The notes: a model not told the origin generated them from the sequence alone. Shown: positions 1-9,227, counted from the stretch's first letter. The stretch: 64,000 nucleotides of DNA from Candidatus Hermodarchaeota archaeon (GCA_048885865.1 JBHLLF010000006.1:63306-127305); one strand, 5' to 3'. Numbers and translations: made by a program.

Positions 1-247
1 TGGCTGGTTCCTCCCCCTCATCAAGAGAGTGAACTTTGAATGTTGTACCATGCTCTGACCGCATTCGATTTGCAGTCTGAGCCCCGATGAACTTCTTTCT
101 GACTCCCGAACGACGCCCTTTCCAGATGAATATGCTCTTGCTAACGTCATCGATGATGCAGTACACATTCTCGGATTCAAGTGAGTCTTTTGTAACTTCG
201 ACTTCAATGGATGTGCCATCATCCTGCACTTGAAACCCATTGACCAT
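1..247 (-). CDS. Gelsolin-domain protein (Asgard ProGel/1DGel-like), 3'-truncated by the window edge
   Basis: Not in the ORF track. Hand translation from ATG at 247 (GAGG upstream) gives MVNGFQVQDDGTSIEVEVTKDSLESENVYCIIDDVSKSIFIWKGRRSGVRKKFIGAQTANRMRSEHGTTFKVHSLDEGEEPA, which matches the gelsolin core pattern (L.S..vyiiD....ifiW.G..S....K..a....EG.EP). Confidence 0.8.
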   Translation of the reverse strand, partial: MVNGFQVQDDGTSIEVEVTKDSLESENVYCIIDDVSKSIFIWKGRRSGVRKKFIGAQTANRMRSEHGTTFKVHSLDEGEEPA

Positions 248-299
248 AGTTGCATGCCTCATTGTATACACGTTCGATGATTCAATACTTAAGAAAAGC

Positions 300-668
300 T
301 CAGACGCTTTCGAAGTTGGCTCGGACCGTCTCGCCGCAGTAGTTGCACCTTGCTTCTAGAGGGCCCGTCCAATCGATGTCCTCATGAGATAGTGATGCAT
401 TGCAGGAAGGACACCTCTCAGGCAAGCGTACTGTTCGAATCTCAGTACCGTCGCTTCTTCTCCTGCCCCTGTGTCTATCAGGAATTACAAATGATGGCGC
501 CTCTGTTGTCCAACCTCTTGTTATCTGCGAGCTTGTTCTGCATGCATTTCTCATAACAGACACCATAACTATGCAGAATATGACTGGAACAAGAATGAAG
601 ACTAGGGTGAGGGCACCGAAGACTTCCCAAAACACTCCGAAGATTGAATCAAAGATTCCAAATTGCAA
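300..668 (-). CDS. Membrane-anchored zinc-ribbon protein
   Basis: N-terminal hydrophobic helix and a C-terminal CPSC...CNYC zinc ribbon. Confidence 0.65.
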   Translation of the reverse strand: MQFGIFDSIFGVFWEVFGALTLVFILVPVIFCIVMVSVMRNACRTSSQITRGWTTEAPSFVIPDRHRGRRRSDGTEIRTVRLPERCPSCNASLSHEDIDWTGPLEARCNYCGETVRANFESV

Positions 669-778
669 TATACTTCTCCTCTGATAGAGATTGGTTCATG
701 CTAGGTCGAGATGAGCCCGCTTATTATCTTTGTCGAGAGGAATTGGTGAGTAGGTCACTAAGCGGAACCCATTAGTCC

Positions 779-1756
779 TTATCCAGCTACTTCCTCTTCC
801 GCATCAAGTGTAAACGCCGTCCTTAGAAAGCGGAGTGCAAATCCAAGCATTCCTAGACCAAACACAATTCCTATTGCAGTGGGGAAAACTCCATCGAACT
901 GAGTCAGACCCAGGTAAACGAGAAGCAATCCAAGGCCCCCTCCAACACCAAGATGAAGTAGCCCTCCCATGAAGGTCATCGCTCTAAAGGCCATCTTTCT
1001 GGGGAATTTCAATGAGATCACCCGGCCAGAAGCCCCATCCACCATGGCATTGTATTTCCTGATTGAGAAGTCATACTTGATATGCCAAACAGGAACATAG
1101 ACCAGGAAGACTGCCGGAACATTGAGGGTTGTTTCCATCCTATTGACGTGATCAACCTCTTTCATTGCCTCTTCGTGGAGAACTCGACTCATTCCTTTCT
1201 TTGCAGAATCGATTGCAGCCTCACGATCTACTTGAACAGGTCTTAGCTTCCCAGCAACATCATCAATCAAATCTTTGCTGAAGAACTCCTTTCTCTTTGT
1301 CGGGATGATGTAATCAATAAGAGCCTTGGGAACATCCATTGTAGCAGGAATAAAGATGTCCTTCTCCAAGTCAAGATGTCCTGTTTCTTCTACCGACTCC
1401 CAACTCAAACTTGAGAAGCGACCTCCACCTCCCCAATTTGGCTTCTTCTGTGTCCCTACAAAATTGCCATCAGCCTCAACCTCAACGACCCAGAACGGAT
1501 AGTATACCAGTTCACTCTCGACAACTTTGGATTTCTTCTCCAGGTCTTGCGGAGCACCAAGCTGCTTCGTAGCCCAATTCAGCAGCTTGCCCCATGCGTC
1601 ATCAAGACTATACTGCACTCTCATGACATAACTCTCTTTGAGAATCTCACCTGTCTTCACTTGAACAGTTGTGCTACAGTATGGACAGACGACTGTGCTA
1701 GCATGAGGCGGAATTTGGATTGGACCATCACAGTTCGGGCATTGGATTCTGCTCAT
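779..1756 (-). CDS. Zinc-ribbon membrane protein, YdjG-like (paralog B)
   Basis: N-terminal CPNC..CPYC, YYPFW and YVPVW motifs, VDGASG, two C-terminal TM helices; its start overlaps the stop of paralog A (ATGA). Confidence 0.65.
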   Translation of the reverse strand: MSRIQCPNCDGPIQIPPHASTVVCPYCSTTVQVKTGEILKESYVMRVQYSLDDAWGKLLNWATKQLGAPQDLEKKSKVVESELVYYPFWVVEVEADGNFVGTQKKPNWGGGGRFSSLSWESVEETGHLDLEKDIFIPATMDVPKALIDYIIPTKRKEFFSKDLIDDVAGKLRPVQVDREAAIDSAKKGMSRVLHEEAMKEVDHVNRMETTLNVPAVFLVYVPVWHIKYDFSIRKYNAMVDGASGRVISLKFPRKMAFRAMTFMGGLLHLGVGGGLGLLLVYLGLTQFDGVFPTAIGIVFGLGMLGFALRFLRTAFTLDAEEEVAG

Positions 1757-2823
1757 GAGAACCTACCTCCCAGATTCTTAATGGAATCACCAAAGGAGAA
1801 TCCTTCCTCGCGTTCCTCTCCTTCTGCAGTCAGCTCTATCTCATACTTCAAAACACCGCCAACAATCTGGATAGATCCGGCCCATAGGACAAGCCCCAAG
1901 ATGAACATCGCAATTGGAATAAGAAAGATATCTCCATCTGATGAGTCGGCCATTAAAATCCCGTAGGTGATGTATGGGGTCCCCTGAATGAGAAGTGACG
2001 CTGCAACTAGCATGAATACGCTTGTGAACCATTTCTTCACTCGATAGGTCTTCGTGACTGGCAACTCTCCAAGAACGACCTTCCCAGTGGCTCCAGACAC
2101 CGCAACTCGGAAGGTGCCCCCTCGATACTCATATCTGATTAGCCAATATGGAGCATGTATGTAGGTGCAATCCTCAAGCTCCATATCTAGTCTATAATCG
2201 AAGAGCTTGTCCATTCTCTCTTTCAGTTCAGCACGGTCTCTTTCCGACTTTTGATATTTTGCGCGAACTGGTGCATCAGTATCAGCAATCTCGGCATTGA
2301 GTACTGGCGCCTTGTCAGTGAGTTTGATATCGAAATTCGTTGACTCTGTGTCTACTAGACTATCTATGAACTCCTGGATGCCAAATGTGGCAGCATATCG
2401 CCTTGCCAACACCCATTCAGTGATTCTGGCTGAGTCACGCCCCTCGACTTTGACCCAACGCTTCTTGTCGCCGGATCCTTCTTGCTCTGCGCCAAAATGG
2501 TATGTTTCAGTCGATGCATTTACTCGGAACATAGGAATCCACTGAAGAGTTGGCTCACCAAGCTCTATGTCCTTGGTGACACCTTTTCCTACTGACCTTG
2601 ATGCTGCAAATTGCAACCAATCTGAAACCGTCTTATTCACTCTTTCTTTATCGAGCTTATTGCTTAGAAGCAAGTGTGTCTTTAACTCTCCTCCATCAAC
2701 TATGAACGTATGTCCACAATACGGACAAGTTGAGATGACATCATCAGCTCCTAGCGGATAGGGTGCATTACAGACCTCGCAACGATATTGGACCAAACTC
2801 TGAGAATTTTCTGCAGTCGTCAT
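1753..2823 (-). CDS. Zinc-ribbon membrane protein, YdjG-like (paralog A)
   Basis: CEVC..CPYC, WIPMF and HAPYW motifs, VSGATG, two C-terminal TMs. ORF track starts at 2877; ATG 2823 is more likely. Confidence 0.65.
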   Translation of the reverse strand: MTTAENSQSLVQYRCEVCNAPYPLGADDVISTCPYCGHTFIVDGGELKTHLLLSNKLDKERVNKTVSDWLQFAASRSVGKGVTKDIELGEPTLQWIPMFRVNASTETYHFGAEQEGSGDKKRWVKVEGRDSARITEWVLARRYAATFGIQEFIDSLVDTESTNFDIKLTDKAPVLNAEIADTDAPVRAKYQKSERDRAELKERMDKLFDYRLDMELEDCTYIHAPYWLIRYEYRGGTFRVAVSGATGKVVLGELPVTKTYRVKKWFTSVFMLVAASLLIQGTPYITYGILMADSSDGDIFLIPIAMFILGLVLWAGSIQIVGGVLKYEIELTAEGEEREEGFSFGDSIKNLGGRFS

Positions 2824-3027
2824 AACCACAACAATCCTTTGGCATGCTTTTCTCCCGCAGAGTCGAGGAGGTGGCATGTGGAATCACTTTCTTAAACGAA
2901 ACGAATGTCCCACAGAAAGTCAAGTTACATTTACCGCGGGTTTTGTCGATTTAGATACGGTTCGGAACCTATAAAAGATTGAGCCAAGAGCCAGTCCCAA
3001 GAACCTCAGTGGAGGCACGAAGAAAAA

Positions 3028-3387
3028 ATGAAGATACCTGCAAGTATCCTGAAGAGATTATACGTAAAGAATAGCCTCGCTAACCAAGATGATGGCTTCA
3101 GCTTCAAGATTAAGAACTCATTATCGAATGGGACTGCGACCTCATTGTCACCTGTCACCGTTGATGGCAATGAATATCCACTTGATGCGATGCTAATCAA
3201 GACCCCCGATGGAGAAGTTGCAGCAGCAGAAGTCACAGAAGCGAACACCTTCCTAATCAAGGTCGGTGTTGAAGTCGAGATTCATGTGAAGGGAGATCCA
3301 CTCTCAGAAGGGTCACACACGATCGGGATTGGTTTCGAAACAAAGGAAATAGGCGGAATCGCCTTCGAAGTAGACGACGAGATATAG
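3028..3387 (+). CDS. Small beta-sandwich hypothetical protein (DUF6379-like / domain seen fused to some HMG-CoA reductases)
   Basis: GGAGG RBS, TATAAAA near 2970, pattern LKRLYVKNSL.N...GF.F.IKN; all-beta composition. Family is tentative. Confidence 0.5.
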   Translation: MKIPASILKRLYVKNSLANQDDGFSFKIKNSLSNGTATSLSPVTVDGNEYPLDAMLIKTPDGEVAAAEVTEANTFLIKVGVEVEIHVKGDPLSEGSHTIGIGFETKEIGGIAFEVDDEI

Positions 3388-3396
3388 GATAGGGAA

Positions 3397-3432
3397 GCAG
3401 AAGGATGAGTACCTTCTGCGTTTCTGTTCTTT
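3397..3432 (+). terminator. Hairpin plus T-rich tract after the 3028-3387 gene
   Basis: GCAGAAGG-atgagta-CCTTCTGC perfect 8-bp stem followed by GTTTCTGTTCTTT. Confidence 0.5.
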
Positions 3433-3482
3433 CTAGTTCTTAGCAGTCATTATGTTAGAAACCACTCCAATCAGTAGTCAAA

Positions 3483-3650
3483 TCATCCAATTGAAAGGAG
3501 TGCGAGTAATAGAAGCAAGACTGGTGCCAACAGAATAAATTGAAGGATTTTGCCTCTTCTTGTCCCCTGATTACTGCAAAAGGGGCATAGATAAGCCGAC
3601 TCCGGAAGTTCACGGTTTAATTGCGCATTCTCTTGGTCCATGACAACCAT
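3483..3650 (-). CDS. Possible 55-aa zinc-knuckle/TM microprotein or pseudogene remnant
   Basis: Hand translation: MVVMDQENAQLNRELPESAYLCPFCSNQGTRRGKILQFILLAPVLLLLLALLSIG. One CPFC and one TM helix; below the ORF-track cutoff. Confidence 0.35.
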   Translation of the reverse strand: MVVMDQENAQLNRELPESAYLCPFCSNQGTRRGKILQFILLAPVLLLLLALLSIG

Positions 3651-3766
3651 ATCTCACTAACATTGATAGATTATTACATTTGAGTTATAGTCATGGCCTC
3701 TAGAGGAGTATAATGCCGGAATAGTTTTCTGCATTTCCGCTTCTAGAAGCATTGGTGGTCGGTGAG

Positions 3767-4675
3767 ATGTACGTCAAGATAAGAACCGATGGAGCCGTTG
3801 GAATTGGACGCGGCACTGATGGCGCTGCTGAAATCACCCTTGGATATGGAGAGGCTCATATGATTGCTGCTGCGCTCGAAAAACTTGCTCAGACAGCAAG
3901 GAGCTATAAGCAGACATATCATAAGACAACAGATGTTGGGGGAGGAAACAGAATAGACTTCGAGCGCTCAGAGGATGGTACAATAACTGTCGCTGGTGAC
4001 AGACAGAAATACGTTTGCACTGAAACCGAAATCCGGGAACTGGCTGAGAAGCTAAAACGTCTTCCTCCCGTGGAGGTTGCTCCTGCTTCGGACTATGTTA
4101 AGAAGACAACACCAAAGCAGGGGTACTGCATTGCTGTAATGAACGGAGGTCAAACGATTAGCCTAAGGCTAGCAGAAGCCGCCCTCATGAAGACTGCTGT
4201 TCAGGGTAGTCTAGACAGCAGATTCTATGATGAGAAGATAGTCATTGGAGATAGAGAACTGACTGTCAACAGAAGTAGCGATCTCAAGTGGAAGCTCAGT
4301 GATGAGTCTACAGATGTCAAGTTTACCGCCTACGAGGTAGAGGCGTTGATTGCTGGGCTCCATAATGGAATGCTCGATGTGATTATGGACATGGTCAAGG
4401 CTCTTGGAAGTGACGACCTTGCTGATATTCGCGTTAAGAGTCAAATCCAGAGAGTAGAGCAGGATTCTGCCAAGATTCTTGGCGAGTATAAGAAAGCAAG
4501 GTCAATAGTAAGAGAGATCACGAAGAGTGCCAGGAAGATTATTGGCACAAAAGAGGATGCAGATGCTAGAACGAATCGTTTCATTCAGATGTGCCGCTAT
4601 GTGCAGTCAAAGGTAGACCCCACATATCAAGAGCCGCTTTTGAACCTCATCTCTGATACCTTTACAGGTAAGTAG
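3767..4675 (+). CDS. Hypothetical protein with internal beta-strand/helix repeats (Whirly/PUR-like) and a helical C-terminus
   Basis: GGTGA RBS before ATG 3767; internal duplication visible. Fold assignment is inference. Confidence 0.55.
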   Translation: MYVKIRTDGAVGIGRGTDGAAEITLGYGEAHMIAAALEKLAQTARSYKQTYHKTTDVGGGNRIDFERSEDGTITVAGDRQKYVCTETEIRELAEKLKRLPPVEVAPASDYVKKTTPKQGYCIAVMNGGQTISLRLAEAALMKTAVQGSLDSRFYDEKIVIGDRELTVNRSSDLKWKLSDESTDVKFTAYEVEALIAGLHNGMLDVIMDMVKALGSDDLADIRVKSQIQRVEQDSAKILGEYKKARSIVREITKSARKIIGTKEDADARTNRFIQMCRYVQSKVDPTYQEPLLNLISDTFTGK

Positions 4676-6100
4676 TCACAGCGACTCATGTTCCATAACA
4701 GCAGTGGACCAAGGATAGCGTTCCAGCACGCGCTGCATCAGTCTTCTCACCTTTTGCTCTTCAGATGTGCCACTGTAGGCGAGGAGGACCACTAGACCGC
4801 CCCTTGTCCGTTTCATTTTCTGATACATTGTCTTCGAAGTGTTGATGGTGTCACAGATTATCATGACTTGAGCCTGAGGAATGTCAAGGTCACGTTCACC
4901 AACTGGAGACATTACAAGGGCATGTGTGTCAGGATTCTCTCTGAATTGGCGTAGGACCTCACCCTTGTCGCGGGTCTGTCCAGTTATTACAAGCACATTA
5001 AGGCCAGCTTTTTCAAGCACCTTCTGAATCTGAGACACCATTTCAAGATAGGAAGTGAGGACAAGCGTTTTCTTGTAGTTCAGAGCGATTTGAAGCACTC
5101 TTGTGACTTTTGCAGGCACAGTGGGAAGAGTTCTGCGGAGCTGACTCACATTGAAGTGATGCTTGATGAAGTCAGAGTGAAACATTCTGAGGAACTGCTT
5201 GGGAGGCATTGCGTAGACATATTTGCGCAGCATCAGGAGCGATGAATACTGCCCCTTCAACTCCTCTGTAACAGGCAGTCGTTCTAGAAGCATATGCACT
5301 CGCCTGGCGTCTCCCTCTACCAGGTCCAAGTTATTTCCTGCAGCAAGTTCTGCCATAATCTCGGCCCTTGTGTTCCGAATGAGCTCATCCAGAACAGACG
5401 AGATTGATCTGATCTTCACATCTGTCACGGTTCCTACTGTGAGGAATGTTGGTTCCAGATAGCTCTCAACATCAGTATCATACAGGTCCTCCATCGAGAT
5501 CAATTCGGCCTCAGGAATATGTTCCCTCAGCGTGTTCAATTCATCGCGAATCTCAAGCTGTTCCTTGGTGAAGACTGCATGATCATCGCGGAGAGTCCCA
5601 CTCATGCCGATGAGCCACTTGTCGCCCAGCAGTGAGAGAATTGATGGCCATGGGAAGACTAAGGCGGTATGTCCTCCGGATCTCCTGATTATTGTGTCAA
5701 CCTCGTTAATCAGTATTGCATCAAACGATTCAAACAGGCTCAGGTCTTTCTTCGCCATTCCTGCTAATACCTGAGGGGTTGCTACAACAATACGCTTCTC
5801 CTTGAGGATATAGGGTCGTTTTGGTGAAGGCACCCGAGAAGAGAGTTCACCGAGGTCCTCATCAAGTCCTCCATACTCACCACGTAGATAATCCATGGTT
5901 TCAGCAAGGGACGATGATGAATGCACGACAATGATAAACTTGAGTTCTGGGAATTGCTTTGCTACAAGCTGGTGCGTGACGAAACGTTTCCCTAGACCAC
6001 AGTCGAGCTCGAGGAGAAGATTGGATTCCCTGAGCTCACTGATTCTGTCAAGGATATACGTCTGGTAGCCTCTTGGGGTGTATTTTGGCCTCTCTTGCAT
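4676..6100 (-). CDS. SF2 helicase-like protein (Hef/FANCM-like helicase core), degenerate motifs
   Basis: Q-motif PRGYQ, motif I LDCGLGKR, VATPQ, motif II NEVD, GMSGT, ERDLDIP, QKMKRTRG; no nuclease domain. Confidence 0.75.
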   Translation of the reverse strand: MQERPKYTPRGYQTYILDRISELRESNLLLELDCGLGKRFVTHQLVAKQFPELKFIIVVHSSSSLAETMDYLRGEYGGLDEDLGELSSRVPSPKRPYILKEKRIVVATPQVLAGMAKKDLSLFESFDAILINEVDTIIRRSGGHTALVFPWPSILSLLGDKWLIGMSGTLRDDHAVFTKEQLEIRDELNTLREHIPEAELISMEDLYDTDVESYLEPTFLTVGTVTDVKIRSISSVLDELIRNTRAEIMAELAAGNNLDLVEGDARRVHMLLERLPVTEELKGQYSSLLMLRKYVYAMPPKQFLRMFHSDFIKHHFNVSQLRRTLPTVPAKVTRVLQIALNYKKTLVLTSYLEMVSQIQKVLEKAGLNVLVITGQTRDKGEVLRQFRENPDTHALVMSPVGERDLDIPQAQVMIICDTINTSKTMYQKMKRTRGGLVVLLAYSGTSEEQKVRRLMQRVLERYPWSTAVMEHESL

Positions 6101-6199
6101 CTTGCTTGCTCGTCCGTTTCAGTGGTTAAGTACTCATCTCAATTATGCGCGATACCACTTTTTTGGGTGTCTTATAATGTTTGACAAGTACAGTATTGT

Positions 6200-6457
6200 A
6201 TGAGAGCAACTCGAGTCCTTCGTACATGGGACAGATTCAAGGGAGACTATGTGGAGGTCGTGGTGGAAAATCCGCCTGATAGCACAATGCCCTGTATGGA
6301 CTGCAGGCATTACGATGCCAAGAATTCGAGATGTGAAGGTGTTGGTTCATGGTATTATAGAAGAAAGATCCCCTTCCCGGGGTTTATCCCAAATATCTCG
6401 GATTGCGAAGTCAGGATGCATCCGGACCTACTCTCTTTTGTTCAGGAAAAGCCCTAG
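6200..6457 (+). CDS. Small Cys-rich hypothetical protein
   Basis: 85 aa, CMDC..YDA....C...C; overlaps the convergent gene by 4 nt. Confidence 0.5.
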   Translation: MRATRVLRTWDRFKGDYVEVVVENPPDSTMPCMDCRHYDAKNSRCEGVGSWYYRRKIPFPGFIPNISDCEVRMHPDLLSFVQEKP

Positions 6458-6846
6458 AAACTCTTAAAGACCTTAGCCAAGGATGGCCCTTTCACGTGCA
6501 TTTTGAACTCATGGAAAGCACCGAAGGGAACGATGTCAATTACATATTCTCGATCCCTTAGACGGGACGCAGCCTCATCGATAAGAGCGTCTGCGAATTC
6601 TGGTTTGGACTTACTCTCGCCGAGATGTGCAAAAGAGTGAAGAATCACTTTGCGGGTTCCAACCTTTTGTGCTAACCAACGGATGTTCTTCACCATTTTT
6701 CGCAAAACTGCGGCCCTATCGGCTTCATCCTTTTCCTCAGACTGTATCCAGACAAGGAGTGCATCAATGAAATCATCTGAAGCTTCCTCTGAGGTTTCAT
6801 CAGGCCTGAACCAGAAATGCTCCACATGGAACATGAGCAGCCTCAT
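6454..6846 (-). CDS. Stand-alone archaeal-type threonyl-tRNA synthetase editing domain
   Basis: MRLLMFH, HSFAHL, PFG.F.EF..HVKG.SLAKV motifs. Confidence 0.85.
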   Translation of the reverse strand: MRLLMFHVEHFWFRPDETSEEASDDFIDALLVWIQSEEKDEADRAAVLRKMVKNIRWLAQKVGTRKVILHSFAHLGESKSKPEFADALIDEAASRLRDREYVIDIVPFGAFHEFKMHVKGPSLAKVFKSF

Positions 6847-6908
6847 TGTTGAATCTCTTCCATTACTGAGTCACTCGGTGATAAGTCCTCACACTGAGTC
6901 ATGAGTTA

Positions 6909-7850
6909 CTATTCTTCATTCTCTTGCTCATCGTCTTGCTCCGTTTCATCCTTATGCTTGCGCGTTTTCTTATGCCTTGTATCGGAGTTCTTGACATCAT
7001 TCGCTTTCTCGACAAGCTCTTCCTTGTGTAGCGAAACGGGTCCGCCTAATACAGGTTCATCCTTGATGTCCTCTTCTCTAACCCTACGTGGAACTGCCTT
7101 TCCACGGACCCATATGGTGTTTGAAGGGATTTTTCTATCCTTTGGGACCACAGAGTTAGCTGCGATGATGACATTGTCCCCAATCTCTGCGCCCGGAAAG
7201 ACAATGGCATAGCCTCCAATTGTCACATTATTGCCAACCTTCACGGTCTTGAGGTAGATTCCCTCGCCCTCATACATATGGCCAGTGAGTATTGAGCCGA
7301 ATCCTACAAGACTGTTGTTACCAACAATGATGCGATCGGGCGTCATTAGACGTCCATTGCCAACAATGGTCCCTCTGCCAAGCTTAGCTCCAAACCAGAC
7401 ATGTCTGCCTTTCACATCAAAGAAAACTGAGAAGAACCACGCAAAATATGGGAAAAGAAGATAGTAGACCTCGCGATATTCATAGAGTAGCCATGCGTCG
7501 GACTCTAGTGGATAGAAGCCGTCCTTTAGCTTAGGAATGAGCATCTGTGATAGCCGAAACATGACAGCAAGGATTGCCAAGAAGATTCCATAGCACATGA
7601 AGATCAAAGTGGGAAATAGCAGGATGAACCAGAATTTGTCAAAGACAATTTGTGGGAGAAACCACCCAAAGACATCAAGGACCCACTGCTCGTAGGCCGT
7701 AAAGATTCCACCCCATGATGTAATTATTCTATCCATATGCTCATATGCAACGAATACAGCGGCGATTGTTGGTACAATCGCCACCGTAATACTAAGGAGG
7801 ATGGAAAGGGCCATGTAGATGCCATATATGATGGTTCTTAGCTTCATCAC
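6909..7850 (-). CDS. Membrane-bound left-handed beta-helix acyltransferase (hexapeptide repeat)
   Basis: N-terminal TMs, repeats VKVGNNVTIGGYAIVFPGAEIGDNVIIAANSVV, W.G.PA-like end, acidic tail. Confidence 0.8.
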   Translation of the reverse strand: MMKLRTIIYGIYMALSILLSITVAIVPTIAAVFVAYEHMDRIITSWGGIFTAYEQWVLDVFGWFLPQIVFDKFWFILLFPTLIFMCYGIFLAILAVMFRLSQMLIPKLKDGFYPLESDAWLLYEYREVYYLLFPYFAWFFSVFFDVKGRHVWFGAKLGRGTIVGNGRLMTPDRIIVGNNSLVGFGSILTGHMYEGEGIYLKTVKVGNNVTIGGYAIVFPGAEIGDNVIIAANSVVPKDRKIPSNTIWVRGKAVPRRVREEDIKDEPVLGGPVSLHKEELVEKANDVKNSDTRHKKTRKHKDETEQDDEQENEE

Positions 7851-7997
7851 TCTATCTCATTGATTTTGACAGTCGAGTTGGATATTGCATCCTATTTTAA
7901 AGATAGCAATATAGACAATGGAGGAATATCCGCATGGGAAACAGATATAGAGGCTATGAAGACGAGGGCGGTAACCATCCAGCGCGGGTGTATATGA

Positions 7998-9227
7998 ATG
8001 CCTTACGACCTTATTATTGCGGGAACTGGCCCTGCAGGCTTGATGACAGCAGACAGAGCTGCGGCGAAAGGTCTCAATACTTTGGTTCTTGAAAAAAGAG
8101 AGAAGGTCACCGACTCTCTTATGGGGGAATTAGTGACCGACAACGCACTGAAGCTCCTTAGAGTGAAGCCCGACTCGGAGTATATCGGTAACAAGTACAC
8201 CCAGATCATTGGTGAGAGTCTTGACACTGGGGGAAAGATTGTCGTGGGGAAGGGACTCCTCGGCAACTCCTATCTTCTCGATGAAGACAAATGCCAGGAC
8301 CTCATGCGTGAACGAGCTGAGGCAGACGGGACTGAGTTCAGATATGGTGCTCGTGTGAAGTCGGTTGTTAAGGAAGGCGATCAAGTCGTTGGTGTGAAGT
8401 ACAATCAGGATGACGAGGAACGGGCAGGGCTCACTGTAGGTGCTGATGGCTCGTTCAGTAGGGTTTCTGAAACAGCAGGATTCACTCATCCCAAGTGGCT
8501 CCTCTCATATGGAATCCGATGGAAACTTGAAGGCTGCAAAGGTGTTGACCCAGAGACCGCATACTTCTACGTAGCTCGCGACGTCGGGCTTGGCTATTTG
8601 TGGTTGTACCCAAGGAGTGAGACCGAGGTCAATCTGGGTATTGGCAGAGTGCCATCCTCAAAGGAGAACTGGGAAAAGCTGCCTTCACTCTTAGATGTCT
8701 TGAAAAAGTATCGAAAGCACATCCCTGAGTTGCGAAACTCCAAGATAGCCATGCAGAATGGAGGAGTTGTGCCTTGTGCTGGTATCATTCCTCGATTCAC
8801 TGATGCGGGTGTTTCTCTCTGTGGTAACTCAGCAGGACAGGTTTCCAGCATCGTCGGAGGAGGGGTCACAACATGCTTCCATGCAGGTACACTCCTTGCG
8901 AAACACGCTAAGAGAGCTGTTGACGAGAATGACTTCTCAAAGAAGAGCATCCACCAATATGAGAAGGAATATCGAAAGACCAAACTCGCGTCAAACATCC
9001 AAAACACAGGGAAGGGAATGTGGGCTGTCAGCAAGTACTCAATGCACAACGATCCATTGGATGCTGCAGAGATAGTGTTGTCACAGCTTGACGCAAAGAC
9101 TCTCAATGCATTGATTCAGGGACATGCAGGGGTCTCTGACATAATGACACTTCTTTCAGACTTCCTGCCTATGGTGATGCGAATAGGGAAAGGGTATCTG
9201 AAGTCGATTGCCCTTAGTGGATTGTAG
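7998..9227 (+). CDS. Geranylgeranyl reductase family FAD oxidoreductase
   Basis: IIAGTGPAG Rossmann motif, GADG, GYLWLYP, NLGIG, G.SAGQV...GGG. Confidence 0.85.
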   Translation: MPYDLIIAGTGPAGLMTADRAAAKGLNTLVLEKREKVTDSLMGELVTDNALKLLRVKPDSEYIGNKYTQIIGESLDTGGKIVVGKGLLGNSYLLDEDKCQDLMRERAEADGTEFRYGARVKSVVKEGDQVVGVKYNQDDEERAGLTVGADGSFSRVSETAGFTHPKWLLSYGIRWKLEGCKGVDPETAYFYVARDVGLGYLWLYPRSETEVNLGIGRVPSSKENWEKLPSLLDVLKKYRKHIPELRNSKIAMQNGGVVPCAGIIPRFTDAGVSLCGNSAGQVSSIVGGGVTTCFHAGTLLAKHAKRAVDENDFSKKSIHQYEKEYRKTKLASNIQNTGKGMWAVSKYSMHNDPLDAAEIVLSQLDAKTLNALIQGHAGVSDIMTLLSDFLPMVMRIGKGYLKSIALSGL

